DNA from: Heterodontus francisci
Lineage: Eukaryota
DNA: 64,000 nucleotides
Direction: 5' to 3'
NCBI RefSeq assembly: GCF_036365525.1
Contig: NC_090411.1
Location: 35,811,453 to 35,875,452, forward strand
Position numbers and translations under genes: made by a program. Under the pieces are notes generated by a model. That model was not told the origin of the DNA and did not search any database. It saw nothing but the letters and a program-made list of their open reading frames with translations. This document shows, piece by piece, positions 58,823-64,000 of the stretch; the first letter of the stretch is position 1, and the number at the start of each line of letters is the position of its first letter.

Positions 58823-60249
58823 GTAAGTAGTCTCCTGGTACCTTTCTCTGTGTATTCGGTCTGTTACTCTGCATTGATAGATTTTTGTGAGCCAAGGGTA
58901 TTAAAAGGTTATGGAACCAAGGTGGCTCAATGAAGTTAAGATACAAATCAGCTGTGGTCTAACTAGCAAATGGCAGGCTCAAGGGACTGAATGGCCTTTC
59001 CCCCTCCTGTTAAGTTCCTATGATTGCTGCCTATTGGGCCATCAAGCACTGTACTGCTTTATTGTTTATATACCAAGCACCAACACACTTCTCGAGCAGA
59101 ACAAATAAGAAATCCATTCCAGGTCATCCAAAAATTGAAATTGTTCAATGCATTGAACTGTCCCTAAATGATTGCTGGATTTTCCATACCTGCTTCTGCT
59201 GCACAACCCATTCCATGTCTGATTGTTCATTGCACAAATAAAGTTAAACAAAACTCTACTCGAAGCACACTGGCCACTTTCAGCTCTGAACGAACCTCTT
59301 CAGCCCAGTCTGGGCCCACTAGGATGGTTCAGGATTGTCATCCTGTCCTCCACGGTTACCATGAGGGTGGTGACCTGTTACACTGTAGGAATGTAAGCAA
59401 ATTGCTAGTCACCAGGCAGCGAGTAGATCAAACTCCAACTCCTCGTCATCCAGCCCAATCCTTAAAGTGAGAGGGAACAATGAGAATAGAGGACCAGGCA
59501 ATGCAATGAACCCTCTGAATAATCTTCTAAAAGTCGTTGAGAGGTTTTTTTAAAGCTAGCAGAATTTTAATGGAAAGTTTTTCATTCCCAGACTCTTTGC
59601 TGTTAAACTCCCACGGTCTGGCTATAGAATCAGACAGCACAGAAAGACCATTCAGCCCATCATTTCTGTGCAGCTTATCCAATCAGGCCCACTCCCCTGT
59701 ATTTATATATATTTTTAAATTAATTGATTATTTTGTCAATTTCAGTGTGTTAAATCCTGGGTCCTCTGGTTACTGATCCTCCCTGTCAGTGAAAATGGTT
59801 TCTCCCCATCTACTTGTAATGTTGGACATCTCCTTAAATCTCCCTGAAATAGAGGCCCCAACTCCCAATACCTCTCATTCATTCATTCATTCATTCATTC
59901 ATTCAAGACCAGCTGTGCAGTCAAAGCTGATCATTGCTACAGCCTCTTCCTCCTTTCCCCCTCCCCCCCCCCCCCCCCATCTCGGAGCTGAAAAGTGCTG
60001 AGAGAATAGCTCGGCTATACCATGAGTCTCTTAGGGTGATGGGAAGTCACAGCAGCAACTTGCCTGGAAAGTAGGAATACAGACGCCACAACAAATAAGA
60101 CAATTACCCATTGAACAAAATCTGCATACACCTCATCTGAGATTTGAACTGAAGGATCAGAAGCTCAACTGTTCAGATAGTTGAACTGCTAACTGAAGTT
60201 AGCACAATCTCAATCTTGGGACTTTGTTCTACAGTCAAGTGATCCTGAG

Positions 60250-60567
60250 ACATTGTTTTCCCCTGGCTGGGAAATCTGGAACACGGGGGCACAGTCTCAG
60301 GATAAGGGGACGATCATTTAGGACTGATAAATTTCTTCACTCATAGGGTTGTGAATCGTTGGAATTCCCTACCCCAGAGGGTTGTGGATGCTCCGTCATT
60401 GAATATATTTAAGGCTGAGACACAGATTTTTGGTCTCTGAGTCGAGGGGTATCACAAACAGGCAGGAAAGTGGAATTGAAGCCCAAGATCAGCCATGATC
60501 ATTGAATGGTGGAGCAGGCTCAATGGGTCGTATTGTCAACTCTTGTCCCTATTTCTGTTGTTCTTAT
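60250..60567 (+). mobile_element. CR1-like 3' fragment in GPRC5 intron
   Basis: Same tail as the 51880-52388 copy. Confidence 0.78.
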
Positions 60568-60635
60568 GTCAAAGGTTATGTAAGCTGATCAGCTGTTGCC
60601 CATGACTCTCTAATGCTCCATATTTCTGTTTTTAG

Positions 60636-60755
60636 ATGTATGCCTCACCACAGGATTTTACAATCCCTCGACCGAAGACCAGGTCCAGCTACCAACCCAC
60701 CCCCCTCCTACAAGATCCTTACCTCAACTACCAGAACAGGCAGACTACGTTCTAG
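60636..60755 (+). CDS. GPRC5 last coding exon (MYASPQDFTIPRPKTRSSYQPTPLLQDPYLNYQNRQTTF*)
   Basis: tttttag acceptor; F-x-IPR motif as in the GPRC5A tail; total CDS 1167 nt (388 aa); AATAAA at 60888 and 61887. Confidence 0.8.
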   Translation: MYASPQDFTIPRPKTRSSYQPTPLLQDPYLNYQNRQTTF

Positions 60756-62809
60756 AACATTCCAGGCTTGTGCAGAGGCAGCAGGCAGGTTCTATTGTAG
60801 GGCTGGTCACTTCACTCTCCATCTTCCTGCTGAATGATGACAGACACTCTTCAGTGAGCTGTCAAAGTTCCTGGAAATTTACATATTAATAAACTGAAAA
60901 CCCTTCATTTGATTTTTCATGAAGGATGTGAAATGTTTTAAGTATTTATACAGTGGCCAGTAATCACAATGCCTTTCCCAGGTTGCTGCAACATGCCGGT
61001 TGCTGTAAACTCTCTGGAGACTAATATGGCTTTAATTGCTGAATATTTCAGAAAGAAATCTCATTTATATATTGTACATAAAGATACTTATCAGGAATAG
61101 AATAATGAAAACAAATTAATATTTTAATCTACAATATTAATCAGATTATTGACCCCTGAGATTTACTTTGTCACATGTCCCTGATCAAGTCGATATCCTC
61201 CATGTCCGAGTGTGTATTATAATTATATTGGTCAACACTGACTGTTTGTTTGCTTTCATTCCCTCCACTTCTCTCCTGTTTAACTCCCTATTTCGGGTTG
61301 TGACTCTACACTCTTCAACTTCTCGAATGTCCCCAGTCCAAGTGACCATTATTCAGGATTGAGCCTAGAGAGTAATCACAGCCTCGCATCACTTACTGTC
61401 CCAATTGGCTGCAGAGTGACCAGGTACACAGACCCCTGACTGATTTTCTCTCTCCTAATTCAGGACGACTTGGGTGGCCCGCAGATTTCCCTTTTCATTT
61501 CATTTGCCTAAATTTTCACATTGAAACCCCAGTACCTAGCTGTATTTGGGACCTTTTCTCACCCTTACTTTGATTTGTATCTTGTCTGCCCAGATATTTT
61601 AATCAGTAAAACTGCCTTCTCCACTCCGAGTGTGTGTGTACTGTATTTGAACAGCTAAGCACATTCAATCCTTAGTATCTACTTATTTACCAAAAATGAA
61701 TCCAGTTCTGTATGGAAAAGGACAAAGGTAATGTTCTACTGACCCTCCTCTCGAGGCACTTACAGAATTAATTTAATGGTGTGTAATTACTGTATAACTG
61801 TAAATTGCAGATGTAAATATTATTTATGTTAGATGTCAGTGTTTTAACTATTATGCCAAATTGAAGCAAAACATTTTTGTAGCTGCAATAAAGTTTATTT
61901 AAAGGATTTGTGTAATGTATCTTTAAATTACTTAATATAACGGGAAAGCATTTTGGTCTTTGAGCGATTTTAGTTAATTTAACCCCATCAGCTGCTCAAG
62001 CTACACCTCGGCCAATCTTCTTTCTCCATTAACATTGCCCACTTTGGGTTACAACTCGGGAGTTTCCCACTCTCCTCCCCCTCTTTTTTAACCCCCCACC
62101 CCCAGTCTTGGGATTTACCCATTAAGCTGCATGGAGTTTGATGGGTAAAGCGGATCTGCTGCTCCAATTGAGAACAGACAGGTTGACAAGTGAGGGTCGG
62201 ACCAGGAACTTCTCTGATTTGTCTGATTGCTGCACACCAGGCAGTGCATTCACACCCAATACCCACTCATTTCAGGGAATGGAGGAATCTGGCACGGTGA
62301 AATCAGGCCGTGCACTATCCACACAATTTACAGCAGTTCAGGATTAGACTGGCTCATCCAAAAGACATTTCCTTGTCGGCTGTAAACCGGTTCAATCCAT
62401 GGTTGAAAGACATTTTACTCATTCATCAGCCGTGCTCTCAGTAAGATAACACAACCTGAACCCACCCTGCTTATAAAGATGAGACAGTCACTTGGAAATG
62501 GCATCACAGAGCCAGTCACTTCCATTAGTCACAGCTTGCAGAGAGAGGCTGTTTACACAGCACCAGTTCTTGAAAACAACAGAACGATATTATTCAGAAA
62601 CTGCTTTAAAATATAGAATGCATCACCTCAACAGCCAGAGATTAATGACTTGATATTATTGTATTTTCTTGTATTTCTTTCCCCTGGCCTCATCACCCTC
62701 ACTAAAGATAATGACTTGAAGAATTTTCTCGAGCACCTTTCATAAACTCAGAATAAATCAAAACACTTCAAAGCCATTAAGGATTTTTTTAAGGTTTTGG
62801 AAATTCCGG

Positions 62810-63360
62810 AAGGTGCCGACTCTCTCTGGGGGACAGTTCCAGAAGGTGCCGACTCTCACTGGGATACAGTTCCTGAAGGTGCCGACTCTCACTGGGATAC
62901 AGTTCCTGAAGGTGCTGACTCTCACTGGGATACAGTTCCTGAAGGTGCTGACTCTCACTGGGATACAGTTCCTGAAGGTGCTGACTCTCACTGGGATACA
63001 GTTCCTGAAGGTGCTGACTCTCACTGGGGGACAGATCCTGAAGGGCCTGACTCTCACTGGGGGACAGTTCCTGAAGGTGCTGACACTCACTGGGGTACAG
63101 TTCCTGAAGGTGCTGACACTCACTGGGATACAGTTCCTGAAGGTGCTGACTCTCACTGGGGGACAGATCCTGAAGGGCCTGACTCTCACTGGGGGACAGT
63201 TCCTGAAGGTGCTGACACTCACTGGGGTACAGTTCCTGAAGGTGCTGACACTCACTGGGATACAGTTCCTGAAGGTGCTGACACTCACTGGGATACAGTT
63301 CCTGAAGGTGCCGACTCTCGCTGGGGGACAGTTCCTGACGCTTTCTGGGATACAGTACCA
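62810..63360. repeat. 33-nt minisatellite, reverse orientation of the 22248-23247 family
   Basis: Unit GGGATACAGTTCCTGAAGGTGCTGACTCTCACT. Confidence 0.96.
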
Positions 63361-63695
63361 GAAGAACAGGAGAGAGAACAAGTAGTTTGAAATACAAAGA
63401 CGAATGGCTGAGGTGAATTTTAAACACCTCTTAAATCCTGTCTTCGTCTTCTCTCTACTGGTAACTGCCTCAAGTCTCTGCTCCTAATCACTCGAACCAA
63501 TGCTTCGTCTAATTAGATGGACTTGATGTTTTTTTTAATATATTCTGCACCCTTAATTATAAAACCCAAAATACAGTTGGCTTCTATTCAGACCAGTATC
63601 TATCCTTCAACCAACAGCACAAAGACATTACCTGATCACCATAACATTACTGTTTGTGGGAGCTGGCTGTGTGCAAATTGGCTGCACTGGGGGCG

Positions 63696-64000
63696 AGTGA
63701 GAGTCAGCACCTTCAGGAACTGTTCCCCGAGTGAGAGTCAGCACCTTCAGGAACTGTCCCCCAGTGAGAGTCAGCAGCTTCAGGAACTGTATCCCAGTGA
63801 GTGTCAGGAACTGTATCCCAGTGAGAGTCAGCACCTTCAGGAACTGTCCCCCAGTGAGAGTCAGCAGCTTCAGGAACTGTATCCCAGTGAGAGTCAGCAC
63901 CTTCAGGAACTGTCCCCCAGTGAGAGTCAGCACCTTCAGGAACTGTCCCCCAGTGAGAGTCAGCACCTTCAGGAACTGTCCCCCAGTGAGAGTCAGCACC
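63696..64000. repeat. 33-nt minisatellite, forward orientation, runs off the window end
   Basis: Unit AGTGAGAGTCAGCACCTTCAGGAACTGTCCCCC. Confidence 0.96.

Noticed and set aside
59304-59392. Alternative GPRC5 middle exon (89 nt, phase-compatible, gtaagc donor)
   Set aside because: Weak polypyrimidine tract; 58755-58822 has much stronger splice signals.

Overview
Eukaryotic, repeat-rich vertebrate DNA, most likely a cartilaginous fish (shark), inferred from HE1/V-SINE-like and SacSINE1/DeuSINE-like SINEs, CR1-group LINEs and Penelope-type termini. Four host genes can be assembled by hand with GT-AG junctions. (1) DDX47 exons 1-6, minus strand, continuing off the left edge. (2) A TRIM56-like RING/B-box/coiled-coil/NHL E3 ligase with a single coding exon, plus strand, with ISRE-like motifs. 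(3) A complete 109-aa divergent parvalbumin/oncomodulin-like gene, minus strand. (4) A complete 388-aa GPRC5-family receptor, plus strand. Directly upstream of DDX47 lies a near full-length Tx1-clade non-LTR retrotransposon with a disrupted CCHC ORF1 and an open 1132-aa APE-RT ORF2. Its 5' UTR carries a 26-nt exact U2 snRNA fragment immediately followed by a degenerate U1 snRNA 5' fragment; this is the most striking observation. Also present: Penelope-type termini with minimal hammerhead-ribozyme motifs, four related solo LTRs with target-site duplications, many CR1 fragments, and several large minisatellites, one visibly amplified out of a DeuSINE. Most long ORFs in the supplied track are repeat artefacts. 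All calls were made by eye; no database searches were run.
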